This document shows, one piece after another, positions 40,991 through 54,973 of a DNA stretch of 64,000 nucleotides. The stretch lies in NCBI GenBank assembly GCA_964016885.1, contig OZ024764.1, positions 22,444,001 to 22,508,000 on the forward strand, written 5' to 3'. The notes beneath the pieces are model-generated. The model made no database searches, was not told where the DNA came from, and saw nothing but the letters and a program-made list of their open reading frames with translations. The stretch comes from Eledone cirrhosa. Lineage: Eukaryota. How positions within the stretch are numbered: position 1 is the first letter of the stretch; every line of letters starts with the position of its first letter. Both the position numbers and the translations under genes were made by a program.

Positions 40991-41135
40991 TCACGTCACA
41001 AAAAAACTTGACCTTTGACATTGAAGCATGCGCAGTGGTGCAGGTGTCGACTTCCTGTCCACGTGTTAGTCTTCCTACAACATCATTTAGACAACATTTC
41101 TGTAAATACTAAACACCTGAGACTATAATGTAAGT
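40991..41135 (+). promoter_or_regulatory. Putative promoter and exon 1 of ZNF-4
   Basis: Full motif cluster; donor GTAAGT at 41130; acceptor CAG ends at 50480. Confidence 0.6.
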
Positions 41136-41587
41136 ATTATGTCTATTAATATTGTAGATTTAAGCTCACTTTTCACATCACAAATATATATTTTCTTGTT
41201 TGTTTCATTACTGGAAATATAAAATGTTATCGTAATTATCTATATTTTACCTACCTCTAATTAATTAAAGTGAAAACTTTTGTTGTTGCTGAAAAATAAA
41301 TTAACAAAACTAAATATTTAAATATTCTAAAGGTCGTTTTTATATTATGTGATGATATAATTAATATATTTTATTACAATTGTATAAATTTACAGTAGAA
41401 TAACGTAAATATGTTTTAAATATATACATAAATAACATAAGTGTGTAAATAACATTATAAATTGCTGGCAATTCCTTGAGAAAGACATTACAAATATATT
41501 GTCTAAACTGTGTGTAATAATATAATTTATTGAACAATAATGATAAAGGAAAGAAAAACACAGTGGGAGATGGCAATTGACCACCAA

Positions 41588-44500
41588 ACGAGGTAAACAT
41601 TTTCAACTTTCCCCTTTTTTTGCTTTGTCCGAGACAACTCAAAATATTCTTCAAGAAACTGGATCTTCCATTCGGTTGGATCGAACGGATTTTACCATTT
41701 ATAATCTACGGAGAGGAATAACAGATGTTCGGAGGAAAAAAGAATTGTTTGTGGCAACAACGTAGGGAACCAACCTGGAGCAATTGTATCACACAATTAT
41801 ACTTTCCTCCTTAACATACACTTACAATTTTTCAAAATCAAACCCCCCAAATATAAAATAAAATATAAATAATTATAAATGGCGAGGAACCATCCCATCT
41901 CCCTCTTGAAATAACCTGAATCTATTTATAGTCAGGTGTGACTGAAAGGTCAATCCATACTTCCATTCTATTTCACAGAATTAGAAGCTTTGACCACTTG
42001 ATAGAATTCAGGTCCAGTAATGTAATCACTCCGTAATTGTAAACATCTTGTATCACTATCATTCAGGTTTTGATTTTAAGTCTTGCCCATGTTTTTTTTT
42101 TTTTTTTCTTTTTTACACAAACTCACAATTTCGGTTTTTACTGCGGATTTACCCATGCGAACTATTACACAAACTCACAGCCTTAGATTTTGTATTTCTA
42201 GCGTTTTTATTTTCCTTCTCTTTGCATGTTCAGTGCTCTTTCTCTCCCACTGTATTTATCTGCCTCCCACATGACCACACTCCTCTCCACGCACTCACCA
42301 TCTTCTCACTCCTTCTCCACCTTCCACCCCCCCCCCTTGCTCAACCCTTACTTCCTCCTCGCGCACAGCCCACCTAGGTATTCGTTCAACCCGCCGGTGG
42401 CCCGATGTTTCGACCGAACTATTACCGGCGATTGCCGATTGCTAAAGTTGCCACCACTTTAACCTAGTCCACTCTAGGTGGCGGTGGCATGCGTTGAACG
42501 ACCAAGAGACCTGCTTGGTGGAACGACTATGTGACAACCGGTCAGCCTCCGACCTCTCATTCTACACCAACTGCAGCACGCACGAGAGGAGCTAACTTGA
42601 CCCCACCTACCCCTCCTCTCCTTCACGGCAGATTTCGAACGAATCTAACCTGGCCAACCACACCACCCCTACAACTGTTAGCTCACTACCCAACCCCCGC
42701 TTTAGTCCCACCGTTAGAACCACTGCTGTCTCCTTTACTGACTCACTCCCTTCACCGAATTCCAACGCTGGCCCTCTACTGCCGGCTGTTGCCAGCCCGC
42801 CACCTGATTGCGCCCTCTGTGCCCGCACTTACCAGTACTTAAAGACAATTAAATGTCACCTATGCCACGCAAGCTACCACAGAAGCTGTGTCAGCATCAC
42901 CAAAGCTCAAGCCGAAAGGCTTCAACACTGGACCTGTCATCGGTGCCACTTCAGCTCCGACTATTCCGTGGGGATGACCAACACTCTACCGACGACTTTC
43001 CACAGCCCCCCCAGGGCTTCTCCAAATCAAAGCTCGTTAACCGGTACCTTAAGGGAGCTCGGAACAGCTTTGCAGGTGCCCTCTCTAATTTACTGAAAAA
43101 CGTTTGCTCGTCCAACAATAGTCTGGCAGAAATTGTTTTTGTTTCCCCTCATCTCTCTTCACGTGCACAATGCGAACTCGGGTTCCCTCAAGTCCTCTCT
43201 CAAGCGGCAGTTCCAGCTGTTTGAGTCCACCCCAACCACGTCTCATCTCAGTTCGTCTCCGAGCTCGGTGTCCACCAACAGACAACCGGTAGACCTCAAG
43301 CGAGCCGTCCATGACAATTCAGCGAATTTGACATTAAAGGGGCTGTCCTCCCTTGCTCCATGCAACTCTGACTCTCGTGAGCGTCTGAAAGAGAAGCACC
43401 CCCAGATGATCAGCAACACTGGCCCGAACAACCAGAATACTTGAGACCGGTTTACACCACCAATATCATCAGAAAGGCAATTTCATCCTTCGTCCTCAAC
43501 ACCTCAAGGATGGTATCTCCTTATCGGCCGGTAATGCCGGACTCGAGCTCTTGGAGAGTCTGACTCAGTTTGTGAATCAGTGAACGTTCTCCCGTTCATC
43601 CGCCCACTGTTCTTCGGTGCGAAGCTATTTGGTCTCACCAAGCACAACGGGGACCTGCGCCGCATTGCGGTTGGCTGCACACCTCGCCGCCTCACTGCAA
43701 AGGCGTGATTGCTGTTGGTCTCCAACCCACTGGCGGAGGAATTTTCCCCCATCCAGCTGTGGGTGGGTACCAGGTTGGGATGTGTGGCTGCTGTCCACGC
43801 TGCCAGAACATTTGCCAACTTGCCCTCCTCATCCCCCAAGGTCATCCTCAAACTTGACCTCAGGAATGCCTTCAACTCCGTCAGCCGTAACATCGTCCTC
43901 GGCTCAGTAAGAGAGAGGGTCCCACAAATCTACCACTTTGCTTGGCAGGCTTATCGGGAGCCCTCCTACCTCTCTTTCAGTGACCAGATCATCACCTCTG
44001 CCTCAGGAGTCCAACAGGGTGACCCACTCGGGACCCCCCCCCCCCCCCCCGCACTGGACATTGATGACGTCACCAAGATGGGGGCTGAGTTGGACCTCAA
44101 TGTCTGGTAGCTCGACGACGCCTGTTTGGGGGGAACTCCGGATATGGTTCTCGCCACTGCCAACAGGATGGTGGAGGAGCTTGGCGCCTGGGTCTCCAGA
44201 TCAATAGCTCCAAATGTGAGCTCTGGATCCTCAACCACCCGGCTTCTTAACACCAACAGCTGATCGACCTGTTCGCAGAGTCCTTCCCTTCCATCACGGT
44301 CCCTCCTCCGTCAGCTTGGTGCTCCTTAGGAGCCCCGATCATAGACCTGGCCTTCGAGTAAACCATCCAATCGAAGATGGTTGGCCTTGAGCAGCTGCTG
44401 AGGAATATTGAAGATATCGAACGCCATCAAGGTTTCTTCTTACTCAGTAACTACCTGTCTATTCCTAAGCTTCTGTATCTGCTCAGGGTCAGCCCCTCTC

Positions 44501-45510
44501 ACAGATTTCCATCCTGCCTCCAACACTTCGACGACCTAATCTTCGACAGACTCGAGTGTCTGGTCAATGTTAGTAAGTGTTCGTCCCTCTCTCTCCCCTG
44601 CTTCCTTTCCTCCACCCAAGCTTGCAGCATCCTCTCCTCTCCAACATGGACTAGTTCCAACAGGGAGTTATGTGAAGCTCTCCAGCAATGGAGTGAGTTG
44701 GGCTTGTCTCTTCCTGAGAAGGTGGAGGACAGTCGAAGTCAGAGAACTTGGGACAGGATACGTTGGAATGCCACCTTCGACTCCCTCTTCGTCCTCTCAG
44801 ATCAGTCTGCAAGGTGCCGCTTACCATCTGCCAGCGCCAAATACTCCGGTGACTGGGTCGATGCCTTACCCGTGGCCAACGTTGGAGGCCTACTCAGCCT
44901 GGATGAACTTCGTGTCTCCATCACCCTCAGAGTGGTAGCTGACGTCTGCATGGGTTTGAGATGTGGCTAACTCCTCGACTCCACAGGCCCCCACGGTCTT
45001 TCTTGCTGCCTGAATGCCGGCCTCTTCGCCCGTCACACGGAGCTAAACTTTATTCTGAAGAGAGCTTTGGCCCGGGCAAACATCTCCTCAGTCTTGGAAC
45101 CATCTTGGTTGTCCAGAAGTGACGGCAAAAGACCTGACGGCCTTACCCTGTGCCCCTGGTCGAGAGGCAGGTGCTTAATCTGGGACGTCACTGTTAGTGA
45201 CTCCTTTGCTCTTTCCCACATCCTTGATGCTGCGGTAAGGACGAGAGCCACAGCTTTTAAAAGGAATTAAAAGGAATTTATCTTTCATTGTATCATCCTT
45301 TATAGTGTTACCGAGGCATTTGTAATGTTATTTATATATTTAAAACATATTTGTTATGTTATTCTACTGTAAATTTATTTATATGCTCTGTTTATATTTT
45401 CATTCTGAAGTAACTTATCCACTTGTGTTGATATAAGTGATTCTATGACTTTCCTCTAAGCATTGTGTCATTATATATGTTATTATAAACGTGAATAAAT
45501 TGAATTTATA
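41588..45510 (+). mobile_element. Block containing a degenerate CRE-clade non-LTR retrotransposon (RT + CCHC + restriction-like endonuclease)
   Basis: LRRIAVG, QLWVG, KLDLRNAFNSVSR, GVQQGDPLG, W*LDD, CG..D..G.HGLSC, RHTELN, RPDG, WDVTV. Absent from units 1 and 2, where CCACCAA joins GTGTGAT. The first 0.5-0.8 kb is unassigned. Confidence 0.85.
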
Positions 45511-45747
45511 GTGTGATAATAACCCTAGGGGTTAACTACACACTTTGAGGCAAGCCAACACACTGGCAGCATTACAACGGGTGATGGTGAGGCTAAGGTG
45601 CTTAAATAACCCGGTACACTCACGGGTATCACCTGACGCCTCTATAAGGTGAGGCTAAGGTGCTGAGATAACCAGGTACTCTTACGGATATCACCTGACA
45701 CCTCAGTAAGGTGAGGCTACGGTGCTGAAATAACCAGGTACCCTCAC

Positions 45748-46107
45748 GGAAACGACTAGATTTGTAGAAAAAGTAGGGTGAAAGTATACAAAGAGATGTA
45801 GTTTCACAGATCTACACACACCTCACGTTGGGTGAGAATAATTATTTTTCTTAGAATTCTTGCTATACCCCTTTTCCAGTATTTTTTCTCTGGACCCCTT
45901 AGATACTTGCGATAGACGTTTTATTTCCCAGTATTAGGATCAGGGTTTCCGTTTTCAGGAAGAAAAGTCGATTGCAAACATCTAAGAGTTCGAGCAATAA
46001 AATTAAGGAAAGATAATTATTTCCCAGCCAACTGGAGAAGTGTGTAGCTCTTCTAAACTCCGATAATCCTGTCTCCCACTTCTTTATCTACAAATCTAGT
46101 TGTTTCC
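45748..46107. mobile_element. Palindromic MITE, copy 3
   Basis: Same TIRs as 11342-11698. Confidence 0.75.
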
Positions 46108-46117
46108 TGCTACTTTG

Positions 46118-46750
46118 TTCCCTGGGGTATGCCTTAGTATTTGACACTATCTGTCTCTCTTACTGCCTAATTAGCAAGAAGTAAATCTGTCTCATGTGTT
46201 CACCTGATTGGTAGGTTATTAGGTGGTTGGTAGGTTTCTTGAAGTGTTGCAAATGGTTAGTTCACTTGCATCACAAAATACAAGAAGCCTCACTCCTCCT
46301 TCATTTCTTGAGCCATAACCATGACCACCATGTACCCCAGTATATCCATCCTGGAGCTGTCCAACATGACCATGGTAGTCCCCTGCTATTATAACTAGGT
46401 CTCTGTCATTGTGGTTATCTCTACTTATTCCTTTTCTACATATGGAGCAGGGCCACTTTCCTGAAGGGGTCAGGGTCTTCTCTCCTATCCATTACCACTT
46501 TAGTTTTGGCTAAGTATATTCTTAGAACTTACCATTTCAAATTCTATATCTATAGCTGGTCATCTACATAGAGAAGTTTCCATAGACAGCCAGTCTTAAA
46601 CCTCTCTGTTATGGTTTGGAGAACTATGATGAACAACAGTGGGCTAAGAACTAAACCATGATGAACTACCTGTACCTTCAATTCCTCACTAGACACACTT
46701 TACTGACAGCTTCTCACAAGGCATTCTTCTACACCTAATTTCCTTAACCC
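46118..46750 (-). mobile_element. RTE fragments paralogous to 30680-31310
   Basis: Near-identical sequence; about 3.4 kb upstream is missing relative to unit 2. Confidence 0.75.
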
Positions 46751-46819
46751 TTTAGTATATAAACTGGCCATATCTGGCCAGAATTCTCCCACATCTTTCT
46801 GTTCAAACTGGCCGTAATT

Positions 46820-48730
46820 AAATAATAATAATAATAATGAAATTATTGTGTACAGTGCTCAGGTGCACTACAACTCATCAAAGGTGCATGTATAGTACAT
46901 AGAATAATGTACAAATGTCAGGAAAATGAACAGTGTATGAGTCATGATATAATAACAATAATGAAATATTGTGTACAGTGCCCAGGTGCACCACAACTCA
47001 TCAAAAAAGTGCATGTACAGTACATAGGGCAATGCACAAACATCAGTAAAATGAACAGTGCACGAGTCATGATACACACATGTGTGCATGTGTATGGAAG
47101 GGGTACATCAGGTGTAGTTTTGGCATATTTCGGGAAGCATGAGTGTCTTAAAGGATGCAGTGTCTCGGCAGATAACAACTGACGCAGGCAGTTTGTTCCC
47201 TACTTCAGCAACTCTGAGCGTGAAAAAATGTCTACGAAAGTCATGGGAGCTGTGCTGTTTTCTGATCTTGTAGGCATGTCCACGTGTGTTAGACACATGG
47301 AGATCAAAGAGGCGCTCAGGGTTGCAATTGGCGAGATGGTTAAAAACTTTGTGGGCATTCACCAAGTCCATTGCCAGACGTCGGAGCTTCAATGAATTCA
47401 TGCCCAGGGAAGCAAGGCGTTCAGAGTATGGTAGGTGTCTGATGGAGGGTATGCGCTTGGTTGCACGTCTCTGAACAGTTTCCAGGAGGTCAATGTTCTG
47501 AGCAAGATAGGGGTTCCAGACTGATGATGTGAATTCCAAGTGTGGTCGTACCATAGCTGTATACAGTTTTAAATAGATGGCTGGAGAGCGGCTAACAAAG
47601 GTCTTGCTGAGTGATGCCAAGACACCCTCGGCCTTCTTGACAATCTTAGAGACATGCTTTGTCCAACGCAAATCGTTGCTGACAGTAATGCCCAGGTCAC
47701 GTTCACAAGAGGACTTTTTGATATCAGTGTTGTGGAGGGAGTATGTGGACGCTGGATTTTTCCTTCCAAAATGCATGGTGGTACACTTGTCCACAGCCAG
47801 CTTCAGTTGCCAGTCTGTGATCCATTGCTGCATTGTGTCCAGGTCTGATTGTAGGAAAGAGTTGTAAATTTCAGGATCAGTCCTTTTGATTTCAAGGTAC
47901 AGCTTGATGTCATCTGCATATTTCAGTACCGTGGCATTCTGTAAGTTGGCATCTATGTCATTAATATATGCCACAAACAAAAGAGGACCAAGAACAGATC
48001 CCTGTGGTACACCAGATGACATCTCATATGGTGAAGAATGCTGACCTAGAACCGTGACTACTTCTTTTCGGCTGAGAATGAAGGATTTCAACCAGTCGAA
48101 AAGATCATCCCTCACACCCATTGCAGAGAGTTTTGCCATAAGTCTTTTGTGTGGCACAGAATTAAAAGCCTTAGCAAAGTCAAGGTAAACAACATCCACC
48201 CATGAGCTGCTGTCAGTGATCCGGGTGATGTCCTCAAGGAACTCAATAAGCTGATCACAGCAGCTGGAGTTAGGGATAAATCCAAACTGTTAGGGATGAG
48301 GCTGTGAGAGCTCCAGAAGTTCCAAAGTGTTTCTCTGACACAGGATTCCATCAGTTTGGCCATACAGCTAGTAAGACTGACTGGACGATAGTTGACAGGT
48401 GACATGCGGTTGCTCTTTTTGAACAGGGGAATAACACTGGCAGTTTTCCACTGCTCCGGAGTAGCACCATTGTTGAGACAGTATTGAAAGAAGAAAGAAA
48501 GCTGGCGCAAAAGGAAATACCCGCCACGTTTGAGAAGCAGGTATGTCACACCATCGAGACCAGGGGAGGCATAGTTGCGCTTATTCTTAAGGTGACGTCG
48601 CAACATTGCAGGTGTAAATTCCATAGTTGTTATGGAATTTGATGTTAGAGATGGTGGAGATGGTACATTCTGGTTTTCAACAGTAAAAATACTTGCATAG
48701 CACTCAGCAATGAGTTCTGCGCATTACTTG
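46820..48730 (-). mobile_element. 5'-truncated CR1-clade LINE
   Basis: NYRPVSLTS, YLDFAKAFNSVPH, SGVPQGSVLGPLLF, YADD, VQRRATK, TRGH; one visible frameshift near 48288; (ATT)n tail; empty site at about 31372. Confidence 0.92.
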
Positions 48731-48871
48731 ATTGGTCACTTGTACTTATGTTAAGGTATTGTTCTCAATATAAATAACATGAAAATCTCATAGATTTGAT
48801 ATTATGAGAGATAAAGCATTTACTGTGAAAATATAATAGTAAATATAAAGTAATGTGAATACGAAAGGGTT

Positions 48872-50336
48872 AATCTAATGTCACTAATAACTACTTTTAT
48901 CTGTCAGTATAATCTAATGTCACTAATAACTACTTTTATCTGTCAGTATAATCTAATGTCACTAATAACTACTTTTATCAGTCAGTATAATCTAATGTCA
49001 CTAATAACTACTTTTATCAGTCAGTATAATCTAATGTCACTAATAACTATTTTTATCAGTCAGTATAATCTAATGTCACTAATAACTACTTTTATCAGTC
49101 AGTATAATCTAATGTCACTAATAAATACTTTTATCAGTCAGTATAATCTAATGTCACTAATAACTACTTTTATCAGTCAGTATAATCTAATCTCACTAAT
49201 AACTACTTTTATCAGTCAGTATAATCTAATGTCACTAATAACTACTTTTATCAGTCAGCATAATCTAATGTCACTAATAACTACTTTTATCTGTCAGTAT
49301 AATCTAATGTCACTAATAAATACTTTTATCTGTCAGTATAATCTAATGTCACTAATAACTACTTTTATCAGTCAGTTTAATCTAATGTCACTAATAACTA
49401 CTTTTATCAGTCAGTATAATCTAATGTCACTAATAACTATTTTTATCAGTCAGTATAATCTAATCTCACTAATAACTACTTTTATCTGTCAGTATAATCT
49501 AATGTCACTAATAACTACTTTTATCAGTCAGTATAATCTAATGTCACTAATAACTACTTTTATCAGTCAGTTTAATCTAATGTCACTAATAACTACTTTT
49601 ATCAGTCAGTATAATCTAATGTCACTAATAACTACTTTTATCTGTCAGTATAATCTAATGTCACTAATAACTACTTTTATCAGTCAGTTTAATCTAATGT
49701 CACTAATAACTACTTTTATCAGTCAGTATAATCTAATGTCACTAATAACTACTTTTATCAGTCAGTATAATCTAATGTCACTAATAACTACTTTTATCAG
49801 TCAGTATAATCTAATGTCACTAATAACTACTTTTATCAGTCAGTTTAATCTAATGTCACTAATAACTACTTTTATCAGTCAGTATAATCTAATGTCACTA
49901 ATAACTACTTTTATCAGTCAGTTTAATCTAATGTCACTAATAACTACTTTTATCAGTCAGTATAATCTAATGTCACTAATAACTACTTTTATCAGTCAGT
50001 ATAATCTAATGTCACTAATAACTACTTTTATCTGTCAGTATAATCTAATGTCACTAATAACTACTTTTATCAGTCAGTTTAATCTAATGTCACTAATAAC
50101 TACTTTTATCAGTCAGTATAATCTAATGTCACTAATAACTACTTTTATCAGTCAGTATAATCTAATGTCACTAATAACTACTTTTATCAGTCAGTTTAAT
50201 CTAATCTCACTAATAACTACTTTTATTAGTCAGTTTAATATAATGTCACTAATAACTACTTTTATCAGTCAGTTTAATCTAATCTCACTAATAACTACTT
50301 TTATCAGTCAGTTTAATCTAATGTCACTAATAACTA
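48872..50336. repeat. 39-bp minisatellite, about 37.5 units
   Basis: Unit AATCTAATGTCACTAATAACTACTTTTATCAGTCAGTAT, highly homogeneous. Confidence 0.95.
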
Positions 50337-51297
50337 ACCTATGTTAGTCAGCACATTCTTCACCAAAGAAGGCCTTAGTATTTATTACAGCCCATTTATC
50401 AATATAGAAATTTTATATGAAATTTGTACTGATGTATTACAAGTTTCTGAGTATCTTATAATGTTCTTTTATTATTTCAGAATACCAGAGGACATTGGCA
50501 TTAAAGAGCACGTTACATCAGACATATCCTCAACATTAACCATTTCTAATGAAAGACACTACCCATCATTTTCAAATAATTTTGAAAACACTCAACACTT
50601 TGAAGAGATTTAATAATATAACTAAATTTCTCAGTATTAAGCTGCTATTTGGAACATAACTTTGCACAATCTCATGAAGTTACAATGGAAAGTTTTTAGA
50701 TAAATATAAAGACTGGTATGAAAAGGATAAAACACTTTTATATCAGTTGTTTCATCAACACCATTATTTAAAGACTAAAGGAAGCTGTTATACAGAACAG
50801 ATACAACCTTGTTTATATAAATTTAGGGGAGAAATACTCTGAAATATTTCTTGTAAACTCAATAACCCTTCTATTCTTTGCTGTCTGGAATATGTAGAAG
50901 ATACAAAATAAAGCTGAAGAAATTTACACATGATTTTGTAAGATCTTCATATATTGACAAAGATGATAGTTGATGGAACTACAGGAGTAGAAATATTTCC
51001 ATTATTACAGGAATAACTAATCAAATGAAAACTAGAAAAATTAGATTCTTCACTGTCTGGAATATGTACAAGATGATTTTATATGTATATTAAACTTGAA
51101 GACATCAACAAAACAGTTTGTATCATCTTTAAATATAAAGAAAGACCAAGTTGATGGAAATATATCTGGAAGAATATGTTTTAGGAATAATATTATAAGC
51201 ATAAAGAAGAAAAATATCCATATATTGCGAGGAGAAAAATATTAAAACTGTGAATTATGTGAGAAACTGAGGTGATTGATATCTTTTAGTAGGAGTT

Positions 51298-53256
51298 ATG
51301 TCGAAAAATATAGTAAAATCACCATTCCACTGTGATATCTGTGGTAAATCATTCTCTCGTAGTAATCCCTTAGCTACCCACAAACGTACTCATACAGGAG
51401 AGAAGCCATATCACTGTGATATCTGTGGTAAATCATTCTCTCGTAGTAATCCCTTAGCTACCCACAAACGTACTCATACAGGAGAGAAGCCATATCCCTG
51501 TGACATCTGTGCTAAATCATTCAGTCACCGTAGTAACTTAACTACTCACAAACGTATTCATACAGGAGAGAAGCCTTATAAGTGTGATATCTGTAACAAA
51601 TCATTCAGTCACAGTAGTAGCGTCAGAGTTCACAAACAAATTCATACAGGAGAGAAGACACATCACTGTGACATCTGTAGTAAATCATTCTCTTGCAGAT
51701 ATAGACTAACTACTCACAAACATATTCATACAGGAGAGAAACCATATCACTGTGACATCTGTGGTAATTCATTCTCTCAGAGTAATAACCTAACTACTCA
51801 CAAACATATTCATACAGGAGAGAAACCATATCACTGTGACATCTGTGGTAAATCATTCTCTCATAGTCATCACCTAACTACTCACAAACATATTCATACA
51901 GGAGAGAAACCATATCACTGTGACATCTGTGGTAAATCATTCTCTCAGAGTCATCACCTAACTACTCACAAACGTATTCATACAGGAGAGAAACCATATC
52001 ATTGTGACATCTGTGGTAAATCATTCTCTCAGAGTATTCACCTAACTACTCACAAACATATTCATACAGGAGAGAAACCATATCACTGTGACATCTGTGG
52101 TAAATCATTCTCTCAGAGTCATCACCTAACTACTCACAAACGTATTCATACAGGAGAGAAACCATATCATTGTGACATCTGTGGTAAATCATTCTCTCAT
52201 AGTCATTACCTAACTACTCACAAACGTATTCATACAGGAGAGAAGCCTTATAAGTGTGATATCTGTAACAAATCATTCAGTCACAGTAGTAGCGTCAGAG
52301 TTCACAAACAAATTCATACAGGAGAGAAGCCATATCACTGTGACATCTGCGGTAAATCATTCTCTGACAGAAGTAGCTTTGTTAAACACCATCGTATTCA
52401 TACAGGAGAGAAACCATATCACTGTGACATCTGTAGTAAATCATTCTCTGACAGAAGTAGCTTTGTTAAACACCATGGTATTCATACAGGAGAGAAGCCA
52501 TATCACTGTGATATCTGTGGTAAGACATTCTCTGAAAATAATAATCTAACTACTCACAAACGTATTCATACAGGAGAGAAGCCATATCAATGTGATATCT
52601 GTGATAAATCATTCTCTTATAGTAAAACCTTAACTCTCCACAAACGTACTCATACAGGAGAGAAGCCATATCACTGTGATATCTGTGATAAATCATTCTC
52701 TCAGCATAAAACCTTAACTATCCACAAACGTACTCATACAGGAGAGAAGCCATATCACTGTGACATCTGTGGTAAATCATTCTCTCATAGTAATACCTTA
52801 GCTATCCACAAACGTACTCATACAGGAGAGAAGCCATATCATTGTGACATCTGTGGTAAATCATTCGCTGAGAGAACTAGCTTAGCTACCCACAAACGTA
52901 CTCATACAGGAGAGAAGCCATATCACTGTGATATCTGTGATAAATCATTCTCTCAGCATAAAACCTTAACTATCCACAAACGTACTCATACAGGAGAGAA
53001 GCCATATCACTGTGACATCTGTGGTAAATCATTCTGTCATAGTAATACCTTAGCTACCCACAAACGTACTCATACAGGAGAGAAGCCATATCACTGTGAT
53101 ATCTGTGGTAAATCATTCTCTCAGAGTAATACCTTAGCTACCCACAAACGTACTCATACAGGAGAGAAGCCATATCCCTGTGACATCTGTGGTAAATCAT
53201 TCTCTCATAGTAATACCTTAACTACCCACAAACGTACTCATACAGGAGTACTCTGA
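51298..53256 (+). CDS. C2H2 zinc-finger protein ZNF-4, 23 fingers, no effector domain
   Basis: Intact 652-aa ORF; ends HTGVL* like ZNF-1. Confidence 0.92.
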   Translation: MSKNIVKSPFHCDICGKSFSRSNPLATHKRTHTGEKPYHCDICGKSFSRSNPLATHKRTHTGEKPYPCDICAKSFSHRSNLTTHKRIHTGEKPYKCDICNKSFSHSSSVRVHKQIHTGEKTHHCDICSKSFSCRYRLTTHKHIHTGEKPYHCDICGNSFSQSNNLTTHKHIHTGEKPYHCDICGKSFSHSHHLTTHKHIHTGEKPYHCDICGKSFSQSHHLTTHKRIHTGEKPYHCDICGKSFSQSIHLTTHKHIHTGEKPYHCDICGKSFSQSHHLTTHKRIHTGEKPYHCDICGKSFSHSHYLTTHKRIHTGEKPYKCDICNKSFSHSSSVRVHKQIHTGEKPYHCDICGKSFSDRSSFVKHHRIHTGEKPYHCDICSKSFSDRSSFVKHHGIHTGEKPYHCDICGKTFSENNNLTTHKRIHTGEKPYQCDICDKSFSYSKTLTLHKRTHTGEKPYHCDICDKSFSQHKTLTIHKRTHTGEKPYHCDICGKSFSHSNTLAIHKRTHTGEKPYHCDICGKSFAERTSLATHKRTHTGEKPYHCDICDKSFSQHKTLTIHKRTHTGEKPYHCDICGKSFCHSNTLATHKRTHTGEKPYHCDICGKSFSQSNTLATHKRTHTGEKPYPCDICGKSFSHSNTLTTHKRTHTGVL

Positions 53257-53954
53257 CAGTAGTACCTTAACCAAGCATGTGTGTATTCTTACAGAAGTTT
53301 AGCTGTATCAATATCAAACTCATTACATCAAACTACAACAACAACAACAATTGTGTAGATCCATCATCCTTGCTAAAACTGGGGATAACCTTGTAGGTTT
53401 TACCTATGACAGAGATCATAAACACCAGGTTTCCATTTTTGAAGTAGTGTTTGAAGATTTTGTGTAAATTAAAGTTTTTCACATTAAACTTTGATTTATT
53501 ATACTTTCACAGGTAAGATATATATTTGTATTTTCAGTAAAGGTTTGGGCATTATGTAATTTAAACCTGCCAATAAAATGAAAATTGTTGTTGCTAGTCA
53601 GACATTGATATTAATTCTATTGTCCTGTACATTGTCTCAAATATCACAGATTAAACAGATTTTAACAATAACAACAGAAATCAATAACTTGTAAGCCTAA
53701 TATCTAGCTTCCATTTTAACTATTTGATATTGTTGTTCCCCTCCTGTCTCTTCAGGTGTTTTAGATTTCAACTTCTATCTACTGTACTATTCCATCACCA
53801 AGGCAACATTCATCTGGCTGGCAGCTTACATCAACTACAGATCTCATCAGTGGTTCACAACAGGCTGTCTGAAAGAAACTTCCAGATATCTTCTATGTCA
53901 TAGCTATCAATCTCCTCCTCCTTATCATATGTATCATGTAGAACATCTCTGAAT

Positions 53955-54200
53955 TTATATGTAACAGGGAGATCTTTTACTGTCCCTACCCTTTTCTCTA
54001 TGTTGTCTTGTACCTCTCTCACAGTCCCTCTAGATCTTATATTTAACAGGGAGATCTTTTACTGTCCCTACCCTTTTCTTTAGGTTGTCTTGTACCTCTC
54101 TCACAGTCCCTGTAGATCTTATATTTAACAGGGAGATCTTTTACTCTCCAACCCTTCTATCTCCAGATAGTCTTGTATCTGTCAGTCCCTCTAGATCTTA
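53955..54200. repeat. 82-bp minisatellite, about 3 units
   Basis: Units start at 53955, 54037 and 54119. Confidence 0.8.
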
Positions 54201-54477
54201 CACCTAGTATCTAGTCTATGTTGAGTGGTACGTCCTTCTCCAGTAAAGGAGTTAATATTCCCAAACATCTGTCTATCCTGTTTTCTGATGAGAATGAAGT
54301 CAATCTAGTTTATCTCTTCACCTGATTGAAGTAACTAGATGTTTTCCTGTAAGTTAGTGTTGCAGTGTTTGTGTCTCCATGTAAGGTTTATATCTATTAA
54401 TATAGAGATGTAGTAAAGTTTTCACTGTTGTATCTCTATTTTCTAAATATCTTAATAATGTTTCTCTACTATTTCAG

Positions 54478-54862
54478 AATATCACATGACCTTGACAGAA
54501 AAGAGTCTCTTAAAGACAACAGAAAGATGTTACATTCAAGTGATATAAACTTGTTTAGTCTGTGGTGAATTATGGTGAAATATTTCTTCTGAATTGAGAT
54601 AAATAACAACATATTCCTTTTTCACTGTCTTGAATATTTACAAGATGATTTTACATTCTGATTAAACTTTGGATATTTACAAAGGAGTTTTCAAAATATT
54701 TGGATATTGACAAAGATCACATTTGATAAAATTATGAACAATAGAAATATTTACATCAACATAGGAATATTTTCCAGAAGAGACGGGAAAATCATTATAC
54801 CACTGTAATATTTGTGGTAAAGTATTCTCTCTTCTTTATATGTAGAACATCTAACTAAACAC
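54478..54862 (+). pseudogene. Relic ZNF exon, copy 4
   Basis: Acceptor ends at 54477; ATG changed to ACG; GKSLYHCNICGKVFS. Confidence 0.6.
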
Positions 54863-54973
54863 TTTAACTAACAAACTATTGTGCTATAGAATTGACAAAC
54901 TTGAACAATGTTTAATAAATGTTACAGATTTCTCCAAACTGTCGTTTACTAACTTTAATTTGAAGCTATATTA

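Noticed and set aside
48872-50336. CRISPR-like array (also considered for the 62-, 73- and 82-bp repeats)
   Set aside because: Units are contiguous with no unique spacers, there are no cas genes, and the context is eukaryotic.
48878-50347. 489-aa ORF of MSLITTFISQYNL repeats as a protein gene
   Set aside because: It is a by-product of a 39-bp minisatellite with one stop-free frame; the paralog has only 2.6 units and the site is intronic.
50341-50613. ORFs MLVSTFFTKEG... (also 31617) as an N-terminal domain of the ZNFs
   Set aside because: They span the inferred acceptor and stop before the ZNF ATG.
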